From Tubulanus polymorphus (taxonomy: Eukaryota > Animalia > Nemertea), in NCBI RefSeq assembly GCF_964204645.1, contig NC_134031.1, positions 19,785,910-19,849,909 of the forward strand: a DNA stretch of 64,000 nucleotides, read 5' to 3'. A program made the translations under genes and the position numbers. The notes under the pieces are model-generated. The model did not search any database and was not told where the DNA came from. It was given only the letters and a program-made list of their open reading frames with translations. How positions within the stretch are numbered: the stretch's first letter is position 1; every line of letters starts with the position of its first letter. Below, in pieces: positions 51,808 through 64,000 of the stretch.

Positions 51808-52274
51808 TAACATCTCGAGCGACGCGTGGGACGAAGCTGCTGCAAGGGATTATTTAGCCATTAGTTGAAATATATCTATCAGTCCATTTACAAATAATGA
51901 TTAACTTAGGAAATAAATACGGCAGTCAGGGGAGACCATTGAAACAAAACATCGGGAGAGCATCCGTGAGGCAGGTCAACGAGTATCCCAGAAACATAAG
52001 GCCCGTTCTAGGAAATGTTTGGTAAGACCTTGGATAATTAATTATTATCGACAACACACATCTTAGATTTTAACATCTACGAGTTGAGTTCGCGTTATTG
52101 TATTTCTGTCTCGGGTTCCAACATCGCCGTGAGTGACAGGAGGGGAAGACAATGCATATACGCCTAGGAAATACAGGACCGCTCTCCCACCTCCTCAGCG
52201 GGAATGATTTCTGGAAAATTGAGGCCTCATTTGCATAATGTTGTGGCACTGCTAATCCGATTGAATTCCGTTCG

Positions 52275-52570
52275 CCGATTTTTGAACCGTGTTTCCCTTC
52301 CTTAAAGCTAATGTCTGTCCACCTTGAAATTCTATTGCTAATGATTATATTCATATACAAACCCATTGTCCTTCTGCTATAGACGAATGAACCTTTTTAG
52401 ACGAGAGGGCTATGGAACTGTTAGTTACTGTCTGCTTGTTTTTGATAATTTGATCTGTCCACCGATTTTTGAACTGTGTTTCCTTAAACCTAATGTCCAC
52501 CTTGAAATTCTATTGCTAATGATTATATATGTAAAAATCCATTGTCCTTCTGCTATAGACGGATAAACCT
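52275..52570 (+). repeat. Diverged ~110-120-bp direct duplication
   Basis: ccgatttttgaac..tgtccaccttgaaattctattgctaatgattatat..ccattgtccttctgctatagacg at about 52275 and about 52462. Confidence 0.85.
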
Positions 52571-52831
52571 CTTGTTAGTAACTGTCTGTTGGTTAGTTAG
52601 ATAGTTAGTTAGTTAGTTTGTTTGTTTGTTTGTTTCTTTCTTTCTTTCTTTCTTTCTTTGTTTATTAATTTGACCTCATGTTAACGTGAACTCCTGGTTC
52701 GGCGGTGTTTTGCCCACCGAATGAACCCAGGTTTTTTACAAAAATACCCACCAATCGAAATGACCATTACTGCGTAGTCTGAAAACTTGATATAAGTATA
52801 AAAAGACCACAACCCTTGATTATTTTCAGTT

Positions 52832-55632
52832 ATGGGCGTTTTAACAGCGACTGCGGTTTTCCTGTCGGGAGTGTTCGTGTCGACGGTTATGGGTGCGTCG
52901 ATGCCGAAAGGGTTCGGCGAAAAGCAACAAGTCGAATGTCGACCAGAATGGAAGAAATGCACGTACAAATTTATCATTCACGAGAAGTTAACGATGATGA
53001 AATACAAACAGATGTTGTATCCGTACGAGGGTAAGTTATACCCGTGTTACGTGAAGAGTCCACCTGGTAACGATACAGCCCCGATTCCACCGAGTGAGAT
53101 CATCCCTGCAGACGGCTGGACCCAGTCGCGCGTCGTATACGTCGTCAATAATAGCATGCCAGGGCCGCCTGTCGAGGTTTACGAAGGTCAGACGGTAGTT
53201 ATAGAGGTACATAATGCTATGCGCAGCGAGAGTACATCTCTACACATGCACGGGTTACATCAGAAAGGTACTCCGTTCATGGACGGGGTAGCATTCGTCA
53301 CCCAATGCCCGATACTTCCCGGTCAGAGTTTCACGTACAGATTCAAAGTCAAACAGTTGGGCACGTATTGGTACCACGCCCACGTCGGGGCGCAGCGATC
53401 GATGGGCATCTACGGGGCGTTTATAATTCGACCGAAACCGAAATCACAAATCGAATTGGACAATATAAAAATGAACGAACACGTAGTAATGTTGAGCGAC
53501 TGGAACCACGACTGGGAATCGATGAACAGTTATTTACGGATGGTATTAGGCGGTTTCGACGGACTGGTGAAAACTAAGGCCAGTCAATCGCTAGATGGCA
53601 TGCATTATAGTAATTTCCGATTCCAGAGTGGGTTAATAAACGGTCTCGGGCGTTACTATAATCCCGATACGGGTAAACACAACGACGCGCCGCTTACTGT
53701 ATTCACAGTGAAACACAACCAAACCGTTCGATTACGTGTAATCGCCGCCGGTAATCTATATCCATTCCGAGTATCCGTAGACAATCACCAGCTGAGGGTA
53801 ATCTCGTCCGACGGGATGGACGTCGAACCGACTGAGGTCGAATCCGTCATCATCAATCCGGGAGAGCGATACGATGTGGTGATCGATACCGATCAGACGG
53901 CAGGTAATTATTGGATTCGAGCCGTGACGTTAGAAGTGGGCAAGAAATATCACATCGCCGAGGCCATATTGCGCTACGAAGGCGCGCCTGACGCGGAACC
54001 GATTACTGAAAGGAAGAAGTGTACCAGTAATGACGTGTGTATGGTGGTTAACTGTCCTTTCCTTTACTACCCCGAATCAGATTATACGAAATGCATCACC
54101 GTCGACCAACTGAAAAATACGCAGAACGACACAGTTCCCGAATACGAGCTGGGAAAATCGAAAGAATACTTTTTGAATTTCGCGTTTCCCGGCGCGGACT
54201 GGACTCCCGGTTCGGTAAATGGTCACGCGTTTACCGAGTCTGGAATATCGGCATTAACTCAACCCGAACTGTTCAAGCCATCGTGCAGCCCTACCGAGTG
54301 CGGTGAAGAGAAAACCTGTCTTTGTACGTTAACTCTCGATTTGAAATATAACGACACCGTTCAGATGGTGCTGATGAATTTAGGGCGTGGTCGGGGCTGG
54401 GCGCACCCCATGCATCTACACGGCCATAGCTTTTACGTCGTGAAAATGGGTTTTGCCGATTACGACAACGTCACCGGTAAACTGACAAATGATACGAAAG
54501 ATATCGATTGTCGCGGCAACCCCGATCCTAAACAGTCGTATTGTAACAAGGCCGCGTGGTCGAACTCGAGCTGGGGCGGCGACGATATTCCGGGAATCAA
54601 CTTGGAAAATCCGCCACGTAAAGATACGGTTATCATACCAAGCGGTGGATATGCGGTTATCCGCATCAAAGCGGATAATCCGGGTGTGTGGATCTTCCAC
54701 TGTCACATAGAGATGCATAATTTGGACGGTATGTCGATGCTCGTAACCGAAGCACTCGATCACGTCCCGCCGATACCGAAACGATTCCCTACTTGTCACG
54801 GGTTCGAATTTACCGACGCAGATGAGGAGGAATACGAGAAAGTGTTAGCGAGCAGCTCTGGTAAGTCGACCACGATAGCGCTTTAATGCGGGATATAGCT
54901 GAATAAACAAAACCGCCGTGTTCTTTACTATTGTCGATTGAGAATGTTATCGAATATCTGGAACAAGTTATTTAAAAAAATAATTGGCGCTACCAAAATT
55001 CCATCTCAATCAAGTATTATGCAAGTGACCAAGGACGGATCTAGGGGCGGACTGGGCGGACTGGTCCACCCCATTCAATATTTGAATGTGCCTGCCAAAA
55101 GTTCTGGATATTCTTATTGCATAGAAAATATTCAAAGATGAAAATAAATCCGAATGGGTCCTGTTTAGTGATAAGGACCAGAACTGCCCGTTTCGATCCT
55201 AAATGTGGGAGGGCCACCAGAACCCCCACGAATGGTCGCGCTTGTAGCCCTCGCATTGCCAAATCTGCCATTTCCAAATTAAGAGCCCGTTTTCACGTCC
55301 ACCCCTTTCAAATAATTCTATATCCGCCCTTGGTGACGTCACGGTGCGTCTTATTGGCGTCACATTTGACGTCAAGCGCTAGCTGAAGTAGAGAGTCACA
55401 TTGACGGTTAACAAGTCCGTGCGCGTACCCCTGTATTACTTCGTAATCCTTCAGATTGCTTGATAATGAATACATCTTTAATTAAACGAGATTAAAGTTA
55501 TTCATACTTATAACTTGATTATTTTTCTTGAATCTATTTCCAGGTTCTCGTTTGGTACCTACCGCATTCCCGACGTCGTGTCTGTTATTTGTTCTGTGGT
55601 TGTTTTATTTAAAGTCAATTGTACATCATTGA
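52832..55632 (+). CDS. Laccase-type multicopper oxidase; signal peptide, exons 52832-54860 and 55544-55632 (hydrophobic, GPI-signal-like tail); 5'UTR exon ends at 51316
   Basis: Four Cu-binding motifs: HMHG, YWYHAH, HPMHLHGH, HCHIEMHNLDGM (axial Met). Donor G|GTAAGT at 54861 joins TTTCCAG|GT at 55544 in phase, giving GSRLVPTAFPTSCLLFVLWLFYLKSIVHH*. Confidence 0.93.
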
Positions 55633-55767
55633 GACGTGTACTCGCAGCATCTAAATCAGTCGTGTGTGAGGAAAGAGTGTGAAAAATCTACCGGCGAAAA
55701 ATACAAGCCGCATATCCACGAGCCGACGGAAATATAGAACAATTCGACGTATAAATCATACTACTAC

Positions 55768-55887
55768 AGTAGACTACGCTTAAATCAGATTGTTCAACTG
55801 AGACATCTGTATGAGATAATTACCGACTCAACTGTGATTATGTATGTCACTCAAGATCACTAAGATCCGATTTAAGCGGAGTCTACT
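55768..55887. mobile_element. Short Tc1/mariner-like MITE in the laccase 3' region
   Basis: agtagactacgcttaaatc / gatttaagcggagtctact. Confidence 0.65.
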
Positions 55888-56159
55888 TATCATATTTCAT
55901 CGGTCCATAAATAGGTTTCGACAGCTTTGGTAACATTCTAACCGTAGGAATCTCTAGTTTTGAGTTATATAAAATTCATATCTGAATTTATGAATACTAT
56001 GGTGACTGATTCGGGCCAAAATCAGAAGAAAAATATACGTCTGATACGCCATGCAAAAAATATATTGCCTCGTTTCTTCGTCCGTTTTTTCGTCGTGTTT
56101 CTTTGCATGTTGCGTATTAAATATTTACTGTATTTACCTTATTACCAATGAATCGTAGA

Positions 56160-56481
<322 letters not shown>

Positions 56482-57353
56482 GACTAAAATATAGCGAGAC
56501 AACATGACAAAATTCTTTAGATTTTAAGATTTTTATAAATCTCTGTAGATTTTAAAAAGTGTCTTTTATATGGATTACTGTATATACATAATGTGTATAA
56601 CCTGAATAGCAATGTCTGTGACGGCAAGACTAACAATATAGAATATGTATATATATAATAAGATTATAAATTTCATTGTGTGTTTAACTAACCCGGAATG
56701 TTTTTAGATTAATTCTATCTATACGCTTGAATGCAGGGCGTACAGCTACAGCTTGAATGATCCGAGGGGGATCACGATGTATCACTATCACTCTTCACAG
56801 CACATCCATTTTATCTTAGGTTCTGAGGCGTTTCATTGACATGCCACCGTTGCCAAGAAAGGCGGCGTTTTTGTTCGTAGATCTTTTATCAACTGGTTAC
56901 ATATTTTATTATGACAATTTTAGAACGACCGAATAAAATATGAGGAGGCAAACATGAACAAGCACATTATACGAGAAAAAGAAAGAGTTTTGTCTGAAAA
57001 CTATCCAAATTAGCTCTTATCATTTACACATTAAATTAGGTGTTATTCTAATTTTTTTATTAAACCTTGCTTCGATTATTAATTGATTCAATACATTTTT
57101 ATTCAAAACTAATTTGCTTTTTTTATAATCTAGGCTGTGTATGTATTAAACAATGACAGAATCAGAACCGGAAGATATATCTGAATTTCTGAAATAAAAA
57201 GACATTATATGCGGACATTTTTGTTATCAGTTGTTTAGGAGTGTTTTTGAAAGATCTCTGGCGATATTGTTATCTCACCTGAAGGTGATGGAGAATAAGT
57301 AATAAAAACCGTTGAGTGATTTTCTCATTTCTTTGCCATGTCGACAGTCGACG

Positions 57354-58415
57354 ATGAACTACAGTACTACACAAGGTTTTCCTACTACGGTTGATCCGTG
57401 TGACACACCGTACAAAAATGAAAATGTGTTGGCTATCACTATCAAACTGGCTGGAAATCTACCAATCACAATCGTCGGTATCCTCCTCAATAGTTTTAGT
57501 ATTGTCATCTTACATCGACAGTCATCCAGTCACATTTCGCTTTACCTTCTGCGCTGTTTGGCCGTGGCTGATTTACTATTTCTTGTTTTCCGCGGAATTC
57601 AAGAACCTGTACGATTCATCGCCTCCGCTCTTACACAAGGAAGTCACATGTTTACGGTGCCAAGAAGTTTAAGCTGGGGTGTCCGGCCATGGTTTTACAA
57701 ATTGTCTTGGATACCACGTTATTCTGCGCAGTTGACGAGGAATTGGGTGACTGTACTTGTTGTTTTAGAGCGCTGTATTTCCATCTCGCATCCATTCTTC
57801 GCTCGATCACATGTTACGAAGCCCCGAGTTCGAGTTGTCATTTTATGCATGTACATCGGATTTGCAATATTATTTTGTCCGTTTCCAATCGGTACTTCTA
57901 TATCAGCTTGGTACTTCGATACGTGCAATAATGTCCTTATATCATCTATAGGAGATTCCAAAGACCCAATACGAAATAGTTTCTTCAGAGCTTTCCAATG
58001 GTTAGATCAATTCGTCGGTCCTTTGGCTAAACAAATCCTACCAGTTTTTTGTCTTGTAGCTTTCAACGTCTTTCTTATATGGAAGCTTAGAAAAATAAAA
58101 GCTACGAGGAAAGATCTAACGGATAAACAAACAACGTCAAGCCTTGATATTAAAGCTACTAAAATGGCCGTAGCTATTGTAATACTTTTCATTATCTGCG
58201 AAGTGCCGACGTCATTTCGAACGTATCATAAGCTTCTAAGTAGCGTAATCGATATTCCACCACTCCCCAATTCAGCAGCACTTTACTTAACAAAATCGTT
58301 ATTCGGGGATCTTTTACCAACTCTCAATTCATCGGTCAATTTCGTTATATATTATTTAGCAAACGACAATTTCAGAAAGACCGCAAAAAGCTTAATACTG
58401 AGGAGGCGAACGTGA
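57354..58415 (+). CDS. Intronless rhodopsin-class GPCR, FMRFamide/peptide-receptor-like
   Basis: Seven hydrophobic segments; GILLN (TM1), LAVADL (TM2), LERC (DRY equivalent), ICEVP (TM6), NSSVNFVIY (TM7), NFR helix 8; N-glycosylation site NYS after the ATG at 57354. Confidence 0.9.
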   Translation: MNYSTTQGFPTTVDPCDTPYKNENVLAITIKLAGNLPITIVGILLNSFSIVILHRQSSSHISLYLLRCLAVADLLFLVFRGIQEPVRFIASALTQGSHMFTVPRSLSWGVRPWFYKLSWIPRYSAQLTRNWVTVLVVLERCISISHPFFARSHVTKPRVRVVILCMYIGFAILFCPFPIGTSISAWYFDTCNNVLISSIGDSKDPIRNSFFRAFQWLDQFVGPLAKQILPVFCLVAFNVFLIWKLRKIKATRKDLTDKQTTSSLDIKATKMAVAIVILFIICEVPTSFRTYHKLLSSVIDIPPLPNSAALYLTKSLFGDLLPTLNSSVNFVIYYLANDNFRKTAKSLILRRRT

Positions 58416-60618
58416 ACAACCGCACATTAATTTTGCACAGAATGAGTTACAAATAAAACATCTTCAGTTGTGGTATGGAATCTAAAACGTCTTCGTTTCA
58501 GTTCCCTTCATTTCAGAGTCAATGGTTGTAGTCAATCCATTTAGTCCGTAGATTTGCCGATTCAAAATATGCTGAGATCTCAATATGCGTACATTGTGTA
58601 TGTAAATATGACGTAACGACGTTGGTAAAAGATTGAACATTGAAATTACAGGTTGCGGAGGGAACACTTCGTGATACACGTGAAAATACACCGGGAATCA
58701 ACGACAAACGACAAACTCACCTCCGGGTGGTGACGAATGTAGAATGATTTTTACTCACACATGTATCAGACATGAGTCAGTACTAAGAGAGATAGAGAGT
58801 TATTGAGCGCTATCCATACTGTCTACGTGGGTTCGTTTTACATGCCTACAAAATTAATGATAGTATGCAATGCCATTCATCAACTTCAATAATCAGAATC
58901 AACTTGCCTTAGATACATTTTTTATCTTCCATATGCTGCTGCTACGTGTTGTTTATTTCACGAATTATTTCGATCGGACAAAAAATCGCCCTAAAACTAT
59001 TATATATATATATAAATATATAGATTTGATATACTCTATTGTACGACAGCTGTTTGTCTGACGTGTATGAAATTCAATATCGATACAGATTTACATGTCT
59101 GCAACAAACGGCAACAGAATCGAAACCAATCGAATTGAATCTTAGATCTGTAGACACATCAGGCTCCATTCTCAAAAGCGCCTAGTTTTTGGATGGATCT
59201 CCTCAGAGTTCGAACTTCAATGCAGATCAATATAACAAAAATCACTCAATCGCTGCCAAAATCAAACTTTGCCACTAGTTAATAGTTAATAAAATGGAAA
59301 TAACATTATGGTTTCTAGTTAAATTGTTGTTAAAAGACAATAATTACAAAATTATCAATCATGTTGTATGTACCTGAAACCATCGACTAAGAGGAGATTT
59401 TAGTTCTTTGGTCTCGAGCGAAAACAAATTTTTCTGATATATTTTGGTCGAGCCGATTTTGTAAAAAAGCTAGAAATCAGAGAAAAGTTAGGGAAATTTG
59501 TTGAGATAGTTAGATCGTAAAATCAGACAGTTTCCGGCTATGTCTTACGAAAATTTGTATATGAAAAACGTTAGTTACCAATCTGTGAAATATGAACCTA
59601 AATCCTAAAGAGCTTCCAGATAAACAGGGTTCGTAAAGTTCAATTATAGAGATTAGAGATATTTAAAAGCTGTTTTAAACAGCTGCGCTTAACATGAAAA
59701 TAAATCAATGCAGGCTCATGAAGAGAAATAGCGAACCCGCAACACTGCAGCAACGATCCCACCAGATGGCTTTGTCAAAATTATTTCATTTTCAATAAAT
59801 TTTGAACTGAATTTCAGACTCGCGAATCCATATTTTATCGCAGGACCTGCCAAATATACAAATAGATTCATTTTCTACTCTCAGATATCGGTATATTTCT
59901 CATTAATGATTGATATTAAAGGGAAGTTGATATCTAACGCTTTAATTGAAATGTAGAAGAAATCGAACGCGGAAGACCGATTAACTATACTAGCGAACCT
60001 GGTGGATCCTCGCCTGCCATACGTGGAAGCCTCGATTGCCACAGTAGCGGTGCGATCATACGTCGGATCGAGAGCAGAAATGACCTGATTCTGGCCTTAT
60101 CTACTGCCGTGTAATCGCGATAGTCGCCCTTTACGCCCTGGACACAAACACCAGTCCCTCCGCTGAGCTTAAGTTGCAAATGTGTCTTAACGTTTTCAAA
60201 TCAGTCTTAATTTGTAAAATTGGATATGATGCAAATTGTTTTTAATGAACCAATATTTTTGCCCGGCTCTGAACTCCATACATCAAATCTTATCTTAAAG
60301 TTGATAATGGGATAACATTTTGTTTCAATTTATTCGTCGTGACTAAAACTCGAACTTGCATTGGATATGTATCAAATTCTGTTTTAAGCCGCGTGGTATT
60401 TGCGCGATATTGATTGTCGGCGGCTTAACTTTGATTGGTATGTGAGTAACTTATAACCACTCGAGGTCAGATTACGATTCTTTTACGTTTCCTGCACCTG
60501 ATACGCTCGATCTGGCGCGATCTCGCCTTGTGTTTTCTATAATAAGCCGCGGCTGTTTCCTTGCGACGACAAGCGATATTTCACAACGTCCAGAAACAAA
60601 CCGAAAACCGACGAAAAA

Positions 60619-62183
60619 ATGAGGACCCTTATATTCGCTTCATTATTTCTGGCGATTGTTTATTTTAGACAGGTAAAGACATTTTTGTAATTGAATTTGA
60701 TTAGATTTATCAAAAAATGATAAATTCAAACAAATACTTTTTGTTGGTCATATAACGTGCTTTGAACTCTTTGAAACGAGAGTTATTAAAAAGGCCTACG
60801 CGTATGTAATACACTTGGCCATTACATTATTCGATAATAAAAGCGCAAAGAAGTTTCAAATCTTTCATTTTCAAAAACATTCTGACTGGTATATTCTGAT
60901 CAACGTGAGTTCGGTTTGTATTCAATTATTCTGAATATATTTGTTCGATGTTCAACCGATAGTGCAAAATTGTATTTGATCGTTTAAAGAATTGTATTTC
61001 TTTTTTCATTGAAAATATTACATCGATATCATTTCGTATTTCAAACCTCTCTCTATTTTTTTTCGTAGACCGTAAGCTATTCTCTATTGAAATTGGAAAA
61101 TGGGAAACACGAAGTCCATGAACCGTCTGTGAAGACTCTAAAACAAGATAAAGTTTCGAAAACTGAAGCTAATTTATGTTTATTGACGGTAAACAAACCG
61201 TGTACAAAAGATACCGATTGTTATGACGAAACTTCACACCAGGATTGCGCCTTGACCTGCCCATTAGTCATCGAGACAGACAGTAAGATTCATATATTCA
61301 TAAGTCAATACTTATTCTCGGGTTATTGCTTTGGCATGGAGTACTAAATGCAACCTCGAAAATCCTCCCAAAGATTGAAATATTAAGTTGGTATCTTGGG
61401 CAATTTCAGCAAAAGCTGTGTCTCAGCATTATGGTAGAAAGTGTCATAATTACAAGAGATAGAATAGAAGATGAATATATCCATGAGATTAATAAACAGT
61501 TTCATCTTAGGTTTAAACAAAATGATACCTTGCTTCTCCTAATCGGTATGGTCATTTTGTAAATTACTATAAAATATATAATCAGTTTATTTTTATAGCT
61601 GTCTGTTATTGTTAGCTCGATCTTGATTTTAACAAAAATGATGTACTGGGTATATAGGCAGCTGGTCGGGTCAAATTTTTACGCTCAGCAGATATGGGAA
61701 ACAAGGTATCCATATTTTAGCCTTATCATGATTTATTTACTCAGAATAAGTCCACAAATTTCGGGGTAATGATATAGTACTTCTCAAGAGAATTTATATT
61801 GATGAAAAAAGAACATAATATATGAACGTAAGTCCTCCCTTGATGTACTTTGACGATTCTCGATTTAATGCATGAGCAATATGTAACTGTTTCTGAATAT
61901 ATGGACATCCTACCGTTCAGCGAGAAATATCCACTTCAAAATACTTTTGAAAATCATCCGGGAAGTGTATTATGTTGAATCAAGCCGTTCCCTATCTGAA
62001 ATCCACAATAATCTATCGTATGAGTTATACGTTAATTTTTGCAAAAAGGTTGAAATCAGTGATATTGTTAATTTCTTCACTTTTCTTATTCAAGGTACTG
62101 TTCCTCCAACTAAAAGGTCATGCGTATTGGTGGACATTAATGCTATTGCACGCGAAACATATCCAAACTCTGGCAAGAAATAA
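60619..62183 (+). CDS. Small secreted Cys-rich protein A; exons 60619-60672, 61069-61282, then probably 61658-61705 and 62095-62183 (3' end ambiguous)
   Basis: Signal exon MRTLIFASLFLAIVYFRQ|GT; exon 2 ..EANLCLLTVNKPCTKDTDCYDETSHQDCALTCPLVIETD; TATA-like tataat near 60538; paralogous to the next gene with the same intron phases. Confidence 0.7.
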
Positions 62184-62791
62184 GGTACCATATATAACCA
62201 GTCAATGCTCGAGACTATTTTCTTAGAAAGTAAACTCCGCAATACGATATTATACAAAGTTCATTCGCGTCTTTCCTTTCAGACTCGAAAAAGGAAGTTT
62301 GGCGGTTGTAAATGAATCGATTCTAATTTTGAATATACCGTTATTTGTTTGTAAAACTCCAATTGATTAAAGATAACACGGTTTAAAAAATAGATACGCG
62401 TCAATGTTTTATAAGTTGATTTTGGAGGATAGCGTTTGGTGACCTGGAGGAACACAAACTTGACGATATAAGAAAAGGTATGAATTATCAAATTTTTTAT
62501 GCTCCATTCGCATGTGAACCTTCATCAAGGATTGATTAACGAACCTACGTCATGGGTACATTACATCGCCCATATGCGAAACGACATGTTGAAAAAAACG
62601 ATTTATTTCATTGTTCTATAACATAAATGTCAATATAACGCGTGAAATTTCATCATTTAGATACAATAGATATTAGCGAAATAGACGCATATCGTCAATC
62701 TAAGTAAACTCCAGTCGGCTCCGTCAAAACGGTCTTTAACATCTCTCTCAGTCGACGCGTAAGAGCCGGTTGGATCCCCGCAGAATAAGAG

Positions 62792-63881
62792 ATGAAGTCT
62801 TGTGGATTTATCCTGGTTTTAGCGGTAGTTGTTTATTCGGTAAGCTCAGGAAATAATTGTTTGGGTCATTTTTTCATTACAACGTCGATTCATTTATCCA
62901 TTCTTACTAAAATCAAATGGAAAATTAATTGTTATTATTCAAACGTACCCGGGAACCTTTTTCCAGGCTAGTAAATTTCTTGCTGCTGGTGGTTTTGTCT
63001 GGATCAAATTGCCGTAAACATCTGAATTACTCTATTTTGGATGTTATATCTGTAGAAACTGTGGTATCTAAAGATAAAGAATTGCATTAGAAATATATCT
63101 TTTGAGCCGTTTCTTAAAGTACTTTATTTACCGATTTTTAATGCATCGGCGTATAAAAATATTCATTTGGATAATCTATAGGTAACTTGTGCAACGATTA
63201 GAGATGGAAATAAAAACGAAGTTCCGGTCGTACATGATATGAATACGACAAAGGTTGAACCGCAAGAAGCCGCCTTATGTAACAGTGTAATGACGAACAA
63301 AGCATGTAGGTCGAAGGAGGATTGTTACGACGAAGGAAAGGGTTATTCATCATGTTCTTTGTATTGTTCAGCTATAACCGATGAAACGGGTAGGTTTTAA
63401 TTTGTTTTGGTCTGTACCCATGCGGATATCTGTTCAGTGGTTCGAACTAAGGAATCCATTTGAAAGACCTCGAGATATACGTTTTTTTAAGGAATCATAA
63501 TCCAATGCCATGTAAGAAGGGAGTAAACTCAATCGTTGAGAATTAGTAAGAATTAAACGCAAATTCGCGTAATCTTTTAAACATAAAGCTGTTTAGATGC
63601 CTAACTTTTCCTTGCGCAGTATGTGACAGTGAGGAGACGAGTTTCGTCAAATATTTAAACCAAATCATACTCAGTTTTGTAGTTTTCATTGTTTATATCT
63701 TTATTTCTATCTGTATGTAATAGAAAAATACATTTCGTTTACATTTGTATTATACATTTCATTTCTTTTAGGAAAATTGTACTCTGATGACGAGCTTCTT
63801 AAGGTTGGCAGGTGTGAACTCCCTAATCCCCAAGCTGCAGCACTGGAAAAGGCTGCAAAAGACAAAAGTAGCAGTGGTTAG
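62792..63881 (+). CDS. Small secreted Cys-rich protein B (~121 aa); exons 62792-62839, 63182-63389, 63772-63881
   Basis: MKSCGFILVLAVVVYS|VTCATIRDGNKNEVPVVHDMNTTKVEPQEAALCNSVMTNKACRSKGDCYDEGKGYSSCSLYCSAITDETG|KLYSDDELLKVGRCELPNPQAAALEKAAKDKSSSG*; canonical splice sites in phase. Absent from the ORF track. Confidence 0.8.
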
Positions 63882-64000
63882 AAAAATGGTAGGTTCTGAT
63901 ATGCTATACACTATACTGAGTTCAATAAAATCGTTAAAGTTTGATTTTTTAAGCAATTTCATACTTCATTTACAGCGAAGTTGTAGACCGGCAGTGAAGT

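Noticed and set aside
61706-61715. GTATCC donor as a possible second U12 intron
   Set aside because: It reads GTATCCATAT, not GTATCCTT, and there is no TCCTTRAC branch site before the 62095 acceptor.

Overview
AT-rich, intron-containing animal genomic DNA, most likely an invertebrate; the GPCR type and gene structures suggest a lophotrochozoan, but the taxon is an inference. In order, the window holds: a 5-exon Lhx2/9 (apterous) LIM-homeobox gene; a recent ~3.55-kb tandem duplication carrying two intronless genes with four matrin/JAZ-type zinc fingers; PSMB1 (-) head-to-head with FARSB (+, 17 exons, one AT-AC U12-type intron); TAF10, whose 7.9-kb first intron appears to contain a complete same-strand single-exon CLIC gene; EIF3G (+) convergent with NDUFB5 (-); a laccase-type multicopper oxidase with a probable GPI-signal last exon; a long (TA)n tract; an intronless rhodopsin-class GPCR; and two tandem paralogous genes for small secreted Cys-rich peptides that the ORF track largely misses. 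There are several MITE-like elements and two kinds of palindromic element with hammerhead-ribozyme-like cores. Top leads: (1) the duplicated zinc-finger genes have tandem NF-kB-like sites and almost only amino-acid-changing differences, recurring at the same finger position (candidate immune/RNA-sensing system); (2) the TAF10/CLIC nested locus; (3) the Cys-rich peptide pair. All exon boundaries and counts were read by eye and need RNA-seq or alignment confirmation.
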